Positions 1-11,463 of a stretch of 64,000 nucleotides of DNA are shown here, in pieces. The stretch lies in the IMG/VR virus record IMGVR_UViG_3300030376_006242; one strand, 5' to 3'. The stretch's first letter is position 1, and every line of letters begins with the position of its first letter. The translations under genes were made by a program, and so were the position numbers. Source of the stretch: a virus (lineage: Duplodnaviria; Caudoviricetes). The notes beneath the pieces were generated by a model. It saw only the letters and a list, made by a program, of their open reading frames with translations, did not search any database and was not told the DNA's origin.

Positions 1-1
1 C

Positions 2-3000
2 TTCCCACGTATTGTTGGCAGGATTAATTTTGTAAGTTTCGTAATGAGAACCAACACCAAATTGTGCTTTCACTAAAGGTGTTTGTGGAGTGATTGGCAC
101 TATAGGTTGTTCCAAAGAACTGAAAAATGAATTGGTGTCTCTAACTTCATTTTGTACTTTTATGTCTCTTACAACAACACTTGTTGATATGTCGGAGCCT
201 GCGTTTGTGCTTACATTGGCACCAACGGCTACTTTCCACCATCCGCCTAAGTAGTTGTAATCTTCTGAATTTACTCTTGTGTAATCTCCCACTGGTTGTA
301 AATCTAAAAATAATGTTGCACTTGCTTCAAATACACCGCTCACATCTTTTAAGTATATCAATGACTTAGACGCAACTTTTCTTATGTACGCAACTGTTCC
401 TTCTGCTGTGCCTGTAATTACAGTTTGTCCAACTGCTGGGTCTACAAGTGTGTTAGAAATTTCTAATATTTCATCAATTTTTTCTTGAATTGGTACGTCT
501 GTTCCACTAAAGACATTGTCTTTTATAGTTGGACTTGAAACTCCTCCAAACGGTTGATTAGGTGCTTTAGAATAATTGCTTCTATCTAAAGGATATTCTG
601 AACTGAAATCTAAATAATTTAAAATTAATCTGTCGCCTATTTTAGTTGCTGAATATTGATCAGCAGATGCTCTAATTAGCAAGTGATCAGTTGTCTTGTT
701 TAAGAAAATACTGTCACCAATTAAAAGATTAGTTGTTTGAAAACCTACATTTTCTTTATAAAATGCACTTGAATCAAATGTTGAAAATAAGTCTTGTGCT
801 ACTGCCCCTTCTATTTGATTTACTGCTCTCCATAATTGTTGTTTGTATTGAACAATATTTCCAACATTGTAGTTTGAAGTTGGATTGAATACGCCTTTGT
901 ATTCTGTTTGAAGATTGTCGGCAGTAGGAGCACCTACTAACACAAATTTTCCATCTGGCGAAATATCTACTCCTTTACCAAAACTACTGTTAGGTCCAAA
1001 TATATCTAAGTTTATTAATGGATCAGTAGTTGGTGCTTCTATAATTTGTTTTAAAACTAATGTGCCACTTTCAAAACCTCTGTTGAAAACATATATCTTG
1101 CCATCACCATCTGTTGGTTGGCTTACCAACACTGTTGTGTTTTGTTTGTTAGCCGCAATTACTGTTCCAAAACTTGAATCTCCAGATTCTGTAGTTGTGC
1201 TTAATTCATTGTGTTTCTTGAAAACAAATTTGTTGTTTACAATTTTCCATGTGCCATCATCTGATTGATCAATCCAGAATTTTTCGTTGTCCTTCAATCC
1301 TTTGACATTTATAGTTGTGTTAATATCATTTATAGAACTTAATCTAGATTCAGTAAATCTTTTAATAATGCCCGTAGCAGGATCAATTGAAACAAATCCT
1401 TCTTTGTCTTCACATACAATAGATGTTAAATTCACAGAAGAACATTTTAATACATAATCTGTTCCATTCGCATTTACAACAAAAATTTCACCTGCCTGCA
1501 TATTAGCAGTTGTAAGTGTGTTTACAGTGATCGTGCTACCATCTTTAATCACAGATGTAATCTGTTGATCTGTGTTAGTATATTTCAAGACACTCCACGT
1601 TCCTTGATTGTTTCCAATCCATACATATTGATTTTCCTGTAATGTTGATAGACTTGACGTAGTTAATAAGTCATCATAATCTGCTAAAGTTAAAGTAATA
1701 TCAATTGGATGTACAGGACCTGCAGTTTTGATATATGTGTTTTGATCATACATAACAGGAAACGGTTTATGTGTGTAACCATTTGGAGCAATATATGTCT
1801 GTCCTGATTGTATTCTATAAACTAAATCTGTGGCAACAGGTTGATCATCAGTTAATAGAATAGGTTGTGGATTTAATCTTACTTTCGATTCATCCAGTTT
1901 GTATTCTATTTCGTCAAAAGTATCTACAGCACCATATTGACCTTTACGGATTGCCCACTCTTCAAAAAAGTCTAAACTTTCTTTATCAGCACTTGCTAGT
2001 GCATCAAACAATTTGTTCAAAGCATTTGCTGTGCCTTTTTCTCTTATAAATCCTTGATAAAATTTATACTGACTTACATCGTCGTTTATTATATTGCTCA
2101 AATACTGTCTTGGTTGATAACCAATTAAATGTTGAGCAAGTTTTTGTTGTTGTCTATCAAAATTATCTGTGTCTAAATCATAGAAGTCGCCAAATTGATT
2201 TGTTTGATAATCAAAGTTAGAAAGCAGATTGCTATCTGGCTTGCCATCTAATTTACGCCAATTATTACTATCAAATTCAGCAGTGCCTTTTAATTTTGAA
2301 TTTGCTGTATAATAAAACTGTTTGTGTTTTACTACATCACTCATTGCGTAGTCTGTGTATGGTTGCCAAGATTTTACTTTTGCTTCATCAAAAACAAAAC
2401 CTGGAATGTTTAAACTACCATCCCACTCTGTTAGGTAACCCAACATTTTAATTCTATCTTGTTTGTAACCACTTGCTGGGTCGTAAATTAAATCACTAAA
2501 TGCTGTTGTATTGTCAAGTAAACAAACGTGTTCTTTTTGAACTAGCGGCACTTTAGCAAAATATATTCCATTGATTGTATTTTTTGTTAACAATTCAAAT
2601 GTATTTGACTTACGTACAATTCTTAAATTGATTCTATCTAAAGTGTTTCCGTCTTCTTTCAATACTCCGTAAGAGTAACTGTTTTCTATCACATTGTCTG
2701 TTGTAGCAAATTTTGAATTTACAACTAATTTTTTGCTGGCTGGACTTAAACTTATTACAGCGCCTTCATCCCAGTTTTGTGTTGTCCAAAATAAAAACTC
2801 TTTAGCACTTAATTGCCAATTGGCAACCAATAAACTTTGTGAATCAAATTGGTCAAATTCAAAACCTTGTGATTTTAGATATGATTCGTAACCTAAAATT
2901 ATATCCACTACTGTTTGAATATTATCAATTACTGTGCCATAAGGAGCAGAAATAACTTTATCTGTTACAAAACTTTTTCTTAAAATTGCTGATGCTCCAC

Positions 3001-6000
3001 CTTCAGTAGGAAGTTCAACTATTTTTATAAATTTAGAACTGTCAAATGTTTCAGTTGATAAGTGTGTTTCATCTGTAGCATAAAAATTATCTTCATATTT
3101 TACATAAGAACCGCTATCATATCTTTTGTTTGCGTCCCATTTAACAAATGCGGCACTAACTCCACCTACATTTACTGTTGGATCACTGGCTTGTTCAAAT
3201 GGCATATGATATCTAATGTATGGATCATTTTTGTCATAACCTTTGATAGCAAAACCTGTTTGCTGTTTTTCTATGATTAAACCACTGTATGTTAAAATAT
3301 CTACTGGCGTAGAAACATTGTAAATCAGTTTGTAGTTTTCTTCTGGTACAAATAACGTTGATGAATTTAAAGGTGTTTTGCTATCCAATAATAATTTAAA
3401 TTTGTCTTTATTACTGAAGCCTCTTATTTTAAAACCAACCTGTGTTTGAATACCAGCAAATTGTTCTTTGTAATCTGTATAATTTGTAGTTTGTGAATCT
3501 TCCACTGTTTCATAAACGTAATTTAAAAGTCCTGATGTTAAAATTTCTGTTTCGTCATTTATACTGCTTGGCCACACAATATCAGTAGGTCTTACAGCAG
3601 TGGCTGAATTGTATACAATTTGACCACTAGCATTTCTGCCTACACGACTTGTATCTAAACCTATGCCTATTGCTTTACAAGGTTGGTGTAAAATGTAACT
3701 TTTTAAAAGAGCAAATGGATAATGAACACTTCTTCTCCATGTATTCTCTATTGGAGAGTGATCCCCAAATTTAAATTTTTGTTTTGTCAGTTGTAAAACT
3801 GCCCCTCTGGCATAAGCACTGTCAAATGGACTTCTTATGTTTCCTTCGCTGTCTACTGGTATATGACTTGCTAATCCTGGTCTTTTATAGTTTTCTTTTA
3901 CAACAATTTTTTTATTAGGCTCTCTCACAATACCTTTTTCAAGGTCTTGCCATAAAATTAAATTGTCTTTTGTGTAAGGTGCTGGCCCATACACTGATGA
4001 CCACCAACTAGGTTCAATTGTGTAACCCAACATCTCCCATGGAGTTATATTTGGTCTGTCAGTATCATAAGCATGATTATACACACCTCTCCAGAAACCT
4101 AATATATTTGTGTCATTAGGAGACACCATATTGCTGTAATTCCAAGTAAGACTGTTATCTTCTGCCCAATAAGTGTTTGCTGTGTAATCTTCGTTACCTA
4201 TAAATGTTAACCACTCGTTGAAATCTCCTAATAAAGTTTTGTTGATTGATTCTAAAGTGAATTTATTTTTTGAGTACGCTCTAGGAATAAATGATTTAAT
4301 TTCAAATAATTCTTCATCGTATGTACATTTAATATTGTTAAAAATTCTTTTTTCCATTTCTAAGATTACATCATCTCTGAAATCGTTAAAAGCAACCATA
4401 ACACTACCGTCATGACCTTGAAGCACATTTAATGGAGTTACTGCTGTTGTATCTAAATATTTCTTAGGAGCATATTTCGGATACAATCCTAGTTTTGTAG
4501 GAGTAGCAGGAATATGTGTTCCATTTGTTGTTTCAAATTCGTTTATTACTATTGTGTCATCAAGTGCCACAGTTTTTGTAATTTGTACAAAGCCATCTGA
4601 AAACACATAGTCAATATCATGTGTTAGTTGCGTACCATTGTGGTACACGTACACTGCTTTTGTAGACAATGTTGTTAAATTAAAACTAGATGATAAAGCA
4701 AAAAATTTATTATCTAAATCTAATATAGTATGTGTAGTTGTTTTAAAAGCACCTATACCCATCATGTCTGTTTTGAAGTAAGGTAAATTGTTGTTATTAT
4801 CTTTATTAATTTTACTTAAAATTTTATCAACAGTCTGGCTAGGCGTTCCATCAAAACCCAAGTCATCCATTGCTTTAATAAATGTTCTTTTGAATTTAAA
4901 ATAATCATACTGGCTAGTAGAAATAGAATTAATTAAATCAACTTGTCTGTTATCTAACAAGAATGATGCCAAAGGCATAGGGCCACTGTGTTGTAAAAAC
5001 TTTCTACCATATGCTGAAGCATTTGGAAAATCTCTTAGGTTGCTTACTCCTGGAGTTACACCTTCAATATCTACAAGTTCATTTGTTATTGATTTGACAT
5101 GGTCCGTAACTTGACCCACAGTAAATTTTGTTGTTTTAGCATTTAATGGATTAGACTGTAAATTTGTTGGGAATTCATAATGACCATTAGCATTTTTTGG
5201 TGTAGCACTGTTTGTTCTAATTACAACAACATCATCAACATTTAAGTCTTTTGTAAAATTAATATAAGCAATGCCATCTATTCTTAGAAAAGACCAATCT
5301 GTATTTTCAATCTTTTTAACATTGTTTACAAAAACATTTGCTGTTAAATCATTTAAGTCGCCACTTTGATTGTATACATCAATAGCGAAGTTATTCATTA
5401 GACTTGATGTAGCAACATACTGTCTATTAACTTTTTGAAAACTGTCTGTTGGTGCTTTTGTCCAACCGTTTACAGTTTTAAAATTTCCTGTGGCATCATA
5501 TTTTTTTAAAAATGCTGTTTCTGAGTTAAGAGTTCCACTTAAATTTTGTGACTGATATGTGTAATTTTCATTTAATAGATTAAAATCAAATACTATATCA
5601 CCTATATTTTCAACATTTGAATATGTTAAAGGAAAACCTAATTCTGTGTCTGCTGTTCCCGTGCCTTCAACATAAGTGAAAATTTTATTTCCTAAAAATG
5701 AACTATTAGGATACAATATTGAATCAGTGAAACTTACTCCATTGTCGTCAAATAAATCAAACAAAGGTGTCTGGTTGACTGCTGTTTTTTCTTGCCCTAC
5801 TTTCCAAGTAGTGCCTGTGTACCAATACCATTTACCTTGGTTCTTTTTTCCGTCTGTGGTTAAAACTGTATCACCTTCAACTGGTGAACCACCTGTAACT
5901 TCAACCAAACTGATTTGTTTAGTAGTGGTAGTTCCTTCTGTAAAATCAATAAATTTAACTTCAAAAATTTTGTCTTTTACTAATGGATCTGTATCAGCAG

Positions 6001-7441
6001 AAAAGATGACATTCATTCCGTTAGTCAAAGCAATGCCATCAATGTAAAAACCTTGTGAACCTTCTACGTCACTCATCGCATCAGTGGTTACTGTGTCAAT
6101 TAAGTCAATGTTTGTTTTTGCTTTAAAACCAAAGTTATATAATTTTATACCTGCTTCAAATTCAATAATAGGACGTCTTGCTCTAGTGGCTTGATCAATA
6201 TTGGCTGTTTGACCATTTGCTTTAGCACTTGCTTCTATTACAGATTTATGAATCCATCTGTTGTGTCTTGCCCATGGGTTTCTATCTGGAGATGATCTAT
6301 TGATTACAATGTAGTCTTTATCAACAGCATAAGAAGTAGCAGTACCAAATCCTACTGTATCAAAGTTTTGTGAATCAAATGGAATCGGAGTAACATCTGT
6401 AAAAGCACTTTTAACTTCTAGTTCTTGTGTATCTATTAATTGAATTGCTTCGCCAACTCCTTCAACAAAATAGTCTTTTTCCGCATACTGACTAGGTGTC
6501 ACTGTTCCGGCAAAATTTATTTTCATACCGTTAGAAAGTTCTACGCCGTCAGCCGTTGTGTAATTTTTTTTGCCAATTATTTCATTAGCAACATCAATGC
6601 TAGAGTTTTCTTCAATAGCATATATTTGTATCAGTCCCCAAGCATTAATATCATTATCACTTCCATAGTAAAGTTTTTCAGGTGCTGAATCTTTGACTTG
6701 AAAAGTCATTATTCCTTTTTCTACACTTTGTACATCTATTCCGTCAGTAACATTATATGATGCGTCTAATATTCTTTGTGTTCTAATAACAAAAGGTAAA
6801 CCTTCAGCATTAATATCAAACTTGTATGTTTGGCCTTTGTATAATTTAAGTGTTGGATTTGCTGTTAATCCATCTGGCGTGAAAATGTATGCGTAGTTGT
6901 CTGTTTGATCAGACTTTGTTACTGTATATGTGCTAACAACATTTCTTTGTTGTCCTGTGATTGTAACAGCAGAAGCACCGTATGGCATCCAAAAATATTC
7001 TCTGTAATTAACAAATTTGTCCCAATCAATTCTAGGAGACCAAGCATAATATTCTTGAGCGTTCAATACACTGTGATTGGTTACATCACCGTTAAAATTT
7101 TTAACTTGGTTAACAAAATCTATATAATCAGAATAGAAATTTACATTACCTAAATCATCTTGTTGTACAACACTAGGTTCAAACTTATAATTTTCTCTGT
7201 CTGCATCAACTTCAGGCACATACAAATCAGATGCTTTGTAGGCGTCCGTAATCTTACGTCCATAATAAGCATTTAATTTTTCTAATGTTCCTTGAGATAT
7301 TAATTGATCAAGTGTGCTGTGTAGAAATTTTTGGTTGACTGGTGTTCTAAAATATTTAGGTAAAAATTCTGAAGATTCTCTTTTACCGCTGTCTTTGCCT
7401 GAAGGCAAACTGAAATCTTTCTGATTGTTGTCGTATGCCAT
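2..7441 (-). CDS. Giant baseplate/virion structural protein (gp7-like wedge position), >2480 aa, 3' end outside the window
   Basis: Missing from the ORF track because it runs off the edge. ATG at 7441 overlaps the gp6 stop. Reads MAYDNNQKDFSLPSGKDSGKRESSEFLPKYFRTPVNQKFL..., and the same frame is still open at the window edge (..FGVGSHYETYKINPANNTWE). FG-GAP-like segment near 930-990 (FGKGVDISPDGKFVLVGAP). Lies directly downstream of gp6. Confidence 0.8.
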   Translation of the reverse strand, partial: MAYDNNQKDFSLPSGKDSGKRESSEFLPKYFRTPVNQKFLHSTLDQLISQGTLEKLNAYYGRKITDAYKASDLYVPEVDADRENYKFEPSVVQQDDLGNVNFYSDYIDFVNQVKNFNGDVTNHSVLNAQEYYAWSPRIDWDKFVNYREYFWMPYGASAVTITGQQRNVVSTYTVTKSDQTDNYAYIFTPDGLTANPTLKLYKGQTYKFDINAEGLPFVIRTQRILDASYNVTDGIDVQSVEKGIMTFQVKDSAPEKLYYGSDNDINAWGLIQIYAIEENSSIDVANEIIGKKNYTTADGVELSNGMKINFAGTVTPSQYAEKDYFVEGVGEAIQLIDTQELEVKSAFTDVTPIPFDSQNFDTVGFGTATSYAVDKDYIVINRSSPDRNPWARHNRWIHKSVIEASAKANGQTANIDQATRARRPIIEFEAGIKLYNFGFKAKTNIDLIDTVTTDAMSDVEGSQGFYIDGIALTNGMNVIFSADTDPLVKDKIFEVKFIDFTEGTTTTKQISLVEVTGGSPVEGDTVLTTDGKKNQGKWYWYTGTTWKVGQEKTAVNQTPLFDLFDDNGVSFTDSILYPNSSFLGNKIFTYVEGTGTADTELGFPLTYSNVENIGDIVFDFNLLNENYTYQSQNLSGTLNSETAFLKKYDATGNFKTVNGWTKAPTDSFQKVNRQYVATSSLMNNFAIDVYNQSGDLNDLTANVFVNNVKKIENTDWSFLRIDGIAYINFTKDLNVDDVVVIRTNSATPKNANGHYEFPTNLQSNPLNAKTTKFTVGQVTDHVKSITNELVDIEGVTPGVSNLRDFPNASAYGRKFLQHSGPMPLASFLLDNRQVDLINSISTSQYDYFKFKRTFIKAMDDLGFDGTPSQTVDKILSKINKDNNNNLPYFKTDMMGIGAFKTTTHTILDLDNKFFALSSSFNLTTLSTKAVYVYHNGTQLTHDIDYVFSDGFVQITKTVALDDTIVINEFETTNGTHIPATPTKLGLYPKYAPKKYLDTTAVTPLNVLQGHDGSVMVAFNDFRDDVILEMEKRIFNNIKCTYDEELFEIKSFIPRAYSKNKFTLESINKTLLGDFNEWLTFIGNEDYTANTYWAEDNSLTWNYSNMVSPNDTNILGFWRGVYNHAYDTDRPNITPWEMLGYTIEPSWWSSVYGPAPYTKDNLILWQDLEKGIVREPNKKIVVKENYKRPGLASHIPVDSEGNIRSPFDSAYARGAVLQLTKQKFKFGDHSPIENTWRRSVHYPFALLKSYILHQPCKAIGIGLDTSRVGRNASGQIVYNSATAVRPTDIVWPSSINDETEILTSGLLNYVYETVEDSQTTNYTDYKEQFAGIQTQVGFKIRGFSNKDKFKLLLDSKTPLNSSTLFVPEENYKLIYNVSTPVDILTYSGLIIEKQQTGFAIKGYDKNDPYIRYHMPFEQASDPTVNVGGVSAAFVKWDANKRYDSGSYVKYEDNFYATDETHLSTETFDSSKFIKIVELPTEGGASAILRKSFVTDKVISAPYGTVIDNIQTVVDIILGYESYLKSQGFEFDQFDSQSLLVANWQLSAKEFLFWTTQNWDEGAVISLSPASKKLVVNSKFATTDNVIENSYSYGVLKEDGNTLDRINLRIVRKSNTFELLTKNTINGIYFAKVPLVQKEHVCLLDNTTAFSDLIYDPASGYKQDRIKMLGYLTEWDGSLNIPGFVFDEAKVKSWQPYTDYAMSDVVKHKQFYYTANSKLKGTAEFDSNNWRKLDGKPDSNLLSNFDYQTNQFGDFYDLDTDNFDRQQQKLAQHLIGYQPRQYLSNIINDDVSQYKFYQGFIREKGTANALNKLFDALASADKESLDFFEEWAIRKGQYGAVDTFDEIEYKLDESKVRLNPQPILLTDDQPVATDLVYRIQSGQTYIAPNGYTHKPFPVMYDQNTYIKTAGPVHPIDITLTLADYDDLLTTSSLSTLQENQYVWIGNNQGTWSVLKYTNTDQQITSVIKDGSTITVNTLTTANMQAGEIFVVNANGTDYVLKCSSVNLTSIVCEDKEGFVSIDPATGIIKRFTESRLSSINDINTTINVKGLKDNEKFWIDQSDDGTWKIVNNKFVFKKHNELSTTTESGDSSFGTVIAANKQNTTVLVSQPTDGDGKIYVFNRGFESGTLVLKQIIEAPTTDPLINLDIFGPNSSFGKGVDISPDGKFVLVGAPTADNLQTEYKGVFNPTSNYNVGNIVQYKQQLWRAVNQIEGAVAQDLFSTFDSSAFYKENVGFQTTNLLIGDSIFLNKTTDHLLIRASADQYSATKIGDRLILNYLDFSSEYPLDRSNYSKAPNQPFGGVSSPTIKDNVFSGTDVPIQEKIDEILEISNTLVDPAVGQTVITGTAEGTVAYIRKVASKSLIYLKDVSGVFEASATLFLDLQPVGDYTRVNSEDYNYLGGWWKVAVGANVSTNAGSDISTSVVVRDIKVQNEVRDTNSFFSSLEQPIVPITPQTPLVKAQFGVGSHYETYKINPANNTWE

Positions 7442-10400
7442 TAATATCCACTTCCTCCACTAGAGCCTCCGCTTGAACTTCCACTTGAACTTCCACTGGA
7501 ACTTGAACTTGAACTTCCGCTGTAACTTGGACTTGAACTTGAACTAGTAGGCAATGTGCCACTTAATGTGCTGGTTGTTGATGAACTTGTTGTTATGTTA
7601 CCATCTGCTTTTAATTTTGAGGCTGTTACAGCATCTATAATTTCAACATCAGAAACTTTTGCTCCGCTGATAAAAATTTCATCATTTTCAGATTTTACTT
7701 CAAATAAACTACCAAATGCTTTAGAACCTTCTTTAGGTACAATAACGAAAGTTGCTAGGTCAGGTGCTAATTCATTCATCACATATGTGCTTAATTCTGT
7801 AAAGTAGAAAGTATCTCCGAATTCCCAATTTTCTAAAGCAAAGAATTGATTGATTGCTGTTATAATTCTACTTTTCACATCACTATCGTTTGTGACTTGC
7901 TCTGTGTTTTTAACAATTTTAAATGTTGCTTGTAAACTTGTATCTGCTTGTGACCCAAATAATATTTTGTATTTTACTGGATGATACACTATTGTATCAC
8001 TTATTGATTTAATTTTTGCTAACGGAGTGTTAAAGTTTGTGTACAATGAATCATTGCTTGGTAACAATGGTTTCGTTGCTGTTACACCTGCCAACCACAA
8101 TCTAAAATTAATGTCATAAGTTCTTGTTAGTATGTACATATCAATTATATTAGATGAACTTGGGTCAAGTCTTGTGTTACCGTCCACTGTGTGTACATAT
8201 TGAAACTTAACTTTGTCTCTACCAACATGAGCAACATAATTGGTTACATCAGTTGTTGTGTTCGTTGTTGTATTAACTTGTTTGAAACTGTCGCTGTCTA
8301 TTAGATACACAATAGAACCATTTGGATAATCTCCAATAGCGCCTACAGACGTTTGTCTAGTGTAAATGAATTCTTCTGTAGCATCACAATATTGATATCT
8401 TTCTGTGCCATCTGTATTTTTCACAAGTTTTTGAAAAATGTATTTTGTTGATGCATTTGTGCTAGGATCAACAACAAGGTCAAAAGCATTTGGATTGTCA
8501 ACTATGCCGTCTTGGTCAGAATCAAATTGTGTTAATTCAATTTTAGCACTGTCAACATAACCGTTTTGTGTTCTGTATTCTGTTGAAATAGCAAAATTTA
8601 TATCATTGTTAAACGCATTATTGCTGTCTGGTTTTGTATTAATTGATAATACTGAAATTTTATCTTGAATTGTTGCTCCAGTTTTAGCATTGAAGTTTCT
8701 GTCAGCACTATCATAAAAGAATCTTACTTCTTTTTTACTTTCAAACACATAACGTAATCCTCTAAATGTAATTGTATATGTAGCACCATTGTTTACACAC
8801 TTGATTAACCAACTAGCATCTAATTGCTGATTTGATTCGTCACCTGTTTTACCAACACTGAAAGTGCCAAAAACATTTAAATTGTTTTCATCAATTACAT
8901 TCCATTTTCTAGTTTGAACATCGTAACGTATTCCAAAATTATTATAAGCAAAAGCCTGATCTATAATTAATGTTTTTACATCATCTGAAAATTGTTTTGA
9001 AAATTTAGGTAAAATTTCACTAGCAACAGCACTTGTAGGTATAACATCATTAAACTTAACAGCACCTTCGCCTGTGGATGTGTTTGACACTCCATCATTG
9101 AATACACTCACAACTGAAGTCCAAATATAGTCTTTAGCACCTGGGTGGTCACCTGGTCCTGCCATTAAACTATTGTCTGGCATAAAATGAAAACCAGTTG
9201 GTGCCACAAATTTTACCATAGCACCTGGCTCTATGTATTTTAATTGACTGGCTGTAAAAGAACCTACTTGATAATCAATAACATTTACAGCATCTATAAA
9301 TTTCCCTGTTGATTCATTTGTAGCATTTGTAACTTGTTGCCATACTGGAACAAAATCTGTTAAAATTACTTTTGGAAATTTTTCTATGTAAAAGTTTCTT
9401 GTTTGTTGTTTAGACAATAAAGGTTCCAATTGATTTACAATTACACCTTCTATATCAGTTTGTGTTGCAAAACTAAAAGTATCTAAATTTTCTGTTTCTT
9501 CTTTGTATATTACACCGTCTGCACCAAATACATTTGTGTTACTGTATTTGCCTGTAGCATCAATTAAATCATAATATCTTGATATTCCACTCGCAGTTCT
9601 ATTTGTTGCTTTTACTTTAATAATTTCTTGATTAGTTCCAAGTGGAGCAACATTATAATCTTCACCTGTAATCATTCTGTTTTGAGTATAATAAGTTGCA
9701 GGAGCATTCAATCTAATATTGTCGTTAGTTTCTGATGACGTTGCGTTGTCAACTGTGTATTGTAAACCAAGTGTAAATGTTAAAACTTCTACTTGGTTGT
9801 TACTTGATACATATTGAACATCTACTTGTATGTTCTGCATATCAGCAGGAGTAATTCTTATATTTTGATTTTTACTTCTTCTGTAATAAACTTTAAAATT
9901 ACCTTGCGGTAAATTTCCAAATATACCATCAGCAAACTTTAAACTGATTGAATCATCAGCACCACTTAATACTGTGTAAATATTTCTTATATTTTTTTCT
10001 GTTGAGTTGTATATCACGTTGTTACCAGTGACTGAATCAACTTTAGTCCACAATGTATCTTCTAATCCAGTGTCAGTATCAAGTGTGTATAACCAAACGT
10101 CAGTATTATTGATATTGCTAGATTCTATTGCTACTGATTGATTGTTTGAAGGAACATCTATGTTAAAATCACCATTATCAAGAACTCCTTGTCTAAAGTG
10201 TGCGAAAAATCCTGTGTTGTTACTACTAGCACCTTTGCCATCATCTCTATACAACATACTAAACTTTCTGCCTGTTAAAGGTGCTTCTTCAACAATAGCA
10301 CCATCGTTAAAAGATGTTGAAACAATTTCAAAAGGTAAATTTTGTCCATTTACAGTTTTGTCAAAAGCATAAACTGGAACATCTAAACTGTTAGCATTAA

Positions 10401-10965
10401 TTCTGTATTGATTAGTTGGAATAGCATCTATGTTTTCAGATTTCACTGGATTGCCAAACTTTTCATTTTCAGCCAATGAAGCATTTAAAATTTTTATAAA
10501 CTGTTCGTACCAATTAGTGTTACCTGAATCATTCCAAGTTACTGTTTGACCACTTAGGTTTAAGTTATTACTGTCTACAATATTTTCAGTTGTACTGATT
10601 CCTACTATTTTCAATAAACCATTTGCGGCTTGATTACGTGTTGGATTGTAACTGATCAGTCTTGCTAAACGCAAAATTGATTCTCTTCTGTCTGCTGTTT
10701 CTAAAAAATTTTCTCTAGCATTTAAATCTGTTCTGAATGCCAAATTTTGACCTAGGTAAGCAACCAAATCTATCAATGCTAGGTACTCTGAAGATTCAAT
10801 ATAATCATTGAAATCTTCTGGATAATTTTGTCTAATGTATTGAATCATTGTTCTACGGATAGTGTCAAAGTCGTAACTTTTAAATTCCGCATTTTTATAA
10901 GACTGGTATACTCTTTTCCAGTCTTCTGCCAACAATAATCTGTTTTGTCTATCTGTGGATGACAT
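7441..10965 (-). CDS. gp6: Baseplate wedge subunit (T4 gp6-like)
   Basis: N-terminal YDFDTIR...DFNDYIESSEYLALIDLVAY...NARENFLETA.RRESILRLARLISYNP, plus QNRMITGEDY, typical of the gp6 family. Adjacent to gp25. Confidence 0.9.
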   Translation of the reverse strand: MSSTDRQNRLLLAEDWKRVYQSYKNAEFKSYDFDTIRRTMIQYIRQNYPEDFNDYIESSEYLALIDLVAYLGQNLAFRTDLNARENFLETADRRESILRLARLISYNPTRNQAANGLLKIVGISTTENIVDSNNLNLSGQTVTWNDSGNTNWYEQFIKILNASLAENEKFGNPVKSENIDAIPTNQYRINANSLDVPVYAFDKTVNGQNLPFEIVSTSFNDGAIVEEAPLTGRKFSMLYRDDGKGASSNNTGFFAHFRQGVLDNGDFNIDVPSNNQSVAIESSNINNTDVWLYTLDTDTGLEDTLWTKVDSVTGNNVIYNSTEKNIRNIYTVLSGADDSISLKFADGIFGNLPQGNFKVYYRRSKNQNIRITPADMQNIQVDVQYVSSNNQVEVLTFTLGLQYTVDNATSSETNDNIRLNAPATYYTQNRMITGEDYNVAPLGTNQEIIKVKATNRTASGISRYYDLIDATGKYSNTNVFGADGVIYKEETENLDTFSFATQTDIEGVIVNQLEPLLSKQQTRNFYIEKFPKVILTDFVPVWQQVTNATNESTGKFIDAVNVIDYQVGSFTASQLKYIEPGAMVKFVAPTGFHFMPDNSLMAGPGDHPGAKDYIWTSVVSVFNDGVSNTSTGEGAVKFNDVIPTSAVASEILPKFSKQFSDDVKTLIIDQAFAYNNFGIRYDVQTRKWNVIDENNLNVFGTFSVGKTGDESNQQLDASWLIKCVNNGATYTITFRGLRYVFESKKEVRFFYDSADRNFNAKTGATIQDKISVLSINTKPDSNNAFNNDINFAISTEYRTQNGYVDSAKIELTQFDSDQDGIVDNPNAFDLVVDPSTNASTKYIFQKLVKNTDGTERYQYCDATEEFIYTRQTSVGAIGDYPNGSIVYLIDSDSFKQVNTTTNTTTDVTNYVAHVGRDKVKFQYVHTVDGNTRLDPSSSNIIDMYILTRTYDINFRLWLAGVTATKPLLPSNDSLYTNFNTPLAKIKSISDTIVYHPVKYKILFGSQADTSLQATFKIVKNTEQVTNDSDVKSRIITAINQFFALENWEFGDTFYFTELSTYVMNELAPDLATFVIVPKEGSKAFGSLFEVKSENDEIFISGAKVSDVEIIDAVTASKLKADGNITTSSSTTSTLSGTLPTSSSSSPSYSGSSSSSSSGSSSGSSSGGSSGGSGY
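7445..7550 (-). repeat. Low-complexity Ser/Gly-coding repeat at the gp6 C-terminus
   Basis: Tandem GAACTT / CTTGAACTTCCA units on the plus strand encode SSSSSPSYSGSSSSSSSGSSSGSSSGGSSGGSGY. Confidence 0.7.
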
Positions 10966-11014
10966 TGGTTTCCTTTGTTATAGCATTATTTATTTGTTTG
11001 TATAAAGTGGGCAT

Positions 11015-11455
11015 TTAATTCAGTAATCCATTATTTTCGTCAAACGTCAGTCTAAGTTTCTCTGACACATTATATTTGACATAAGTTAGTTCAACTTCTA
11101 TTTGTAAGCCTGATTCAAATGGTGTTACAATCACTGAATCCGCTTTAATTCTTGGATCTGTCTCAATAATCTTAAGAATATCTTCTTTAATTGCTTCTTC
11201 TAGATCAGGTGTTAATGGATCATGTATCACGTCCCAAATGATTGTGCCAAATTCTGGATTTTCTAATTTTTCTCCTTGTGAAATGTGGAAATGATTCAAT
11301 AAATCTTGTTTGATCAATCCAATGTCATTTAGAGAAAAAGTTGTGTTGTCTGGGTTGACAGTGCTGATTCCTCTGTACATTCTTTGAGTAGCAGGAGTTT
11401 GTGCTGTTTGAGCCGATTTTACTGTAACTTCTTTATATAATTTTTTCTGTGCCAT
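11015..11455 (-). CDS. gp25: Baseplate wedge protein gp25-like
   Basis: D..LIKQDLLNHF....GEKLENPEFG..IWD...DP and DPR motifs of the gp25/GPW family. Confidence 0.9.
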   Translation of the reverse strand: MAQKKLYKEVTVKSAQTAQTPATQRMYRGISTVNPDNTTFSLNDIGLIKQDLLNHFHISQGEKLENPEFGTIIWDVIHDPLTPDLEEAIKEDILKIIETDPRIKADSVIVTPFESGLQIEVELTYVKYNVSEKLRLTFDENNGLLN

Positions 11456-11463
11456 AATGATAT

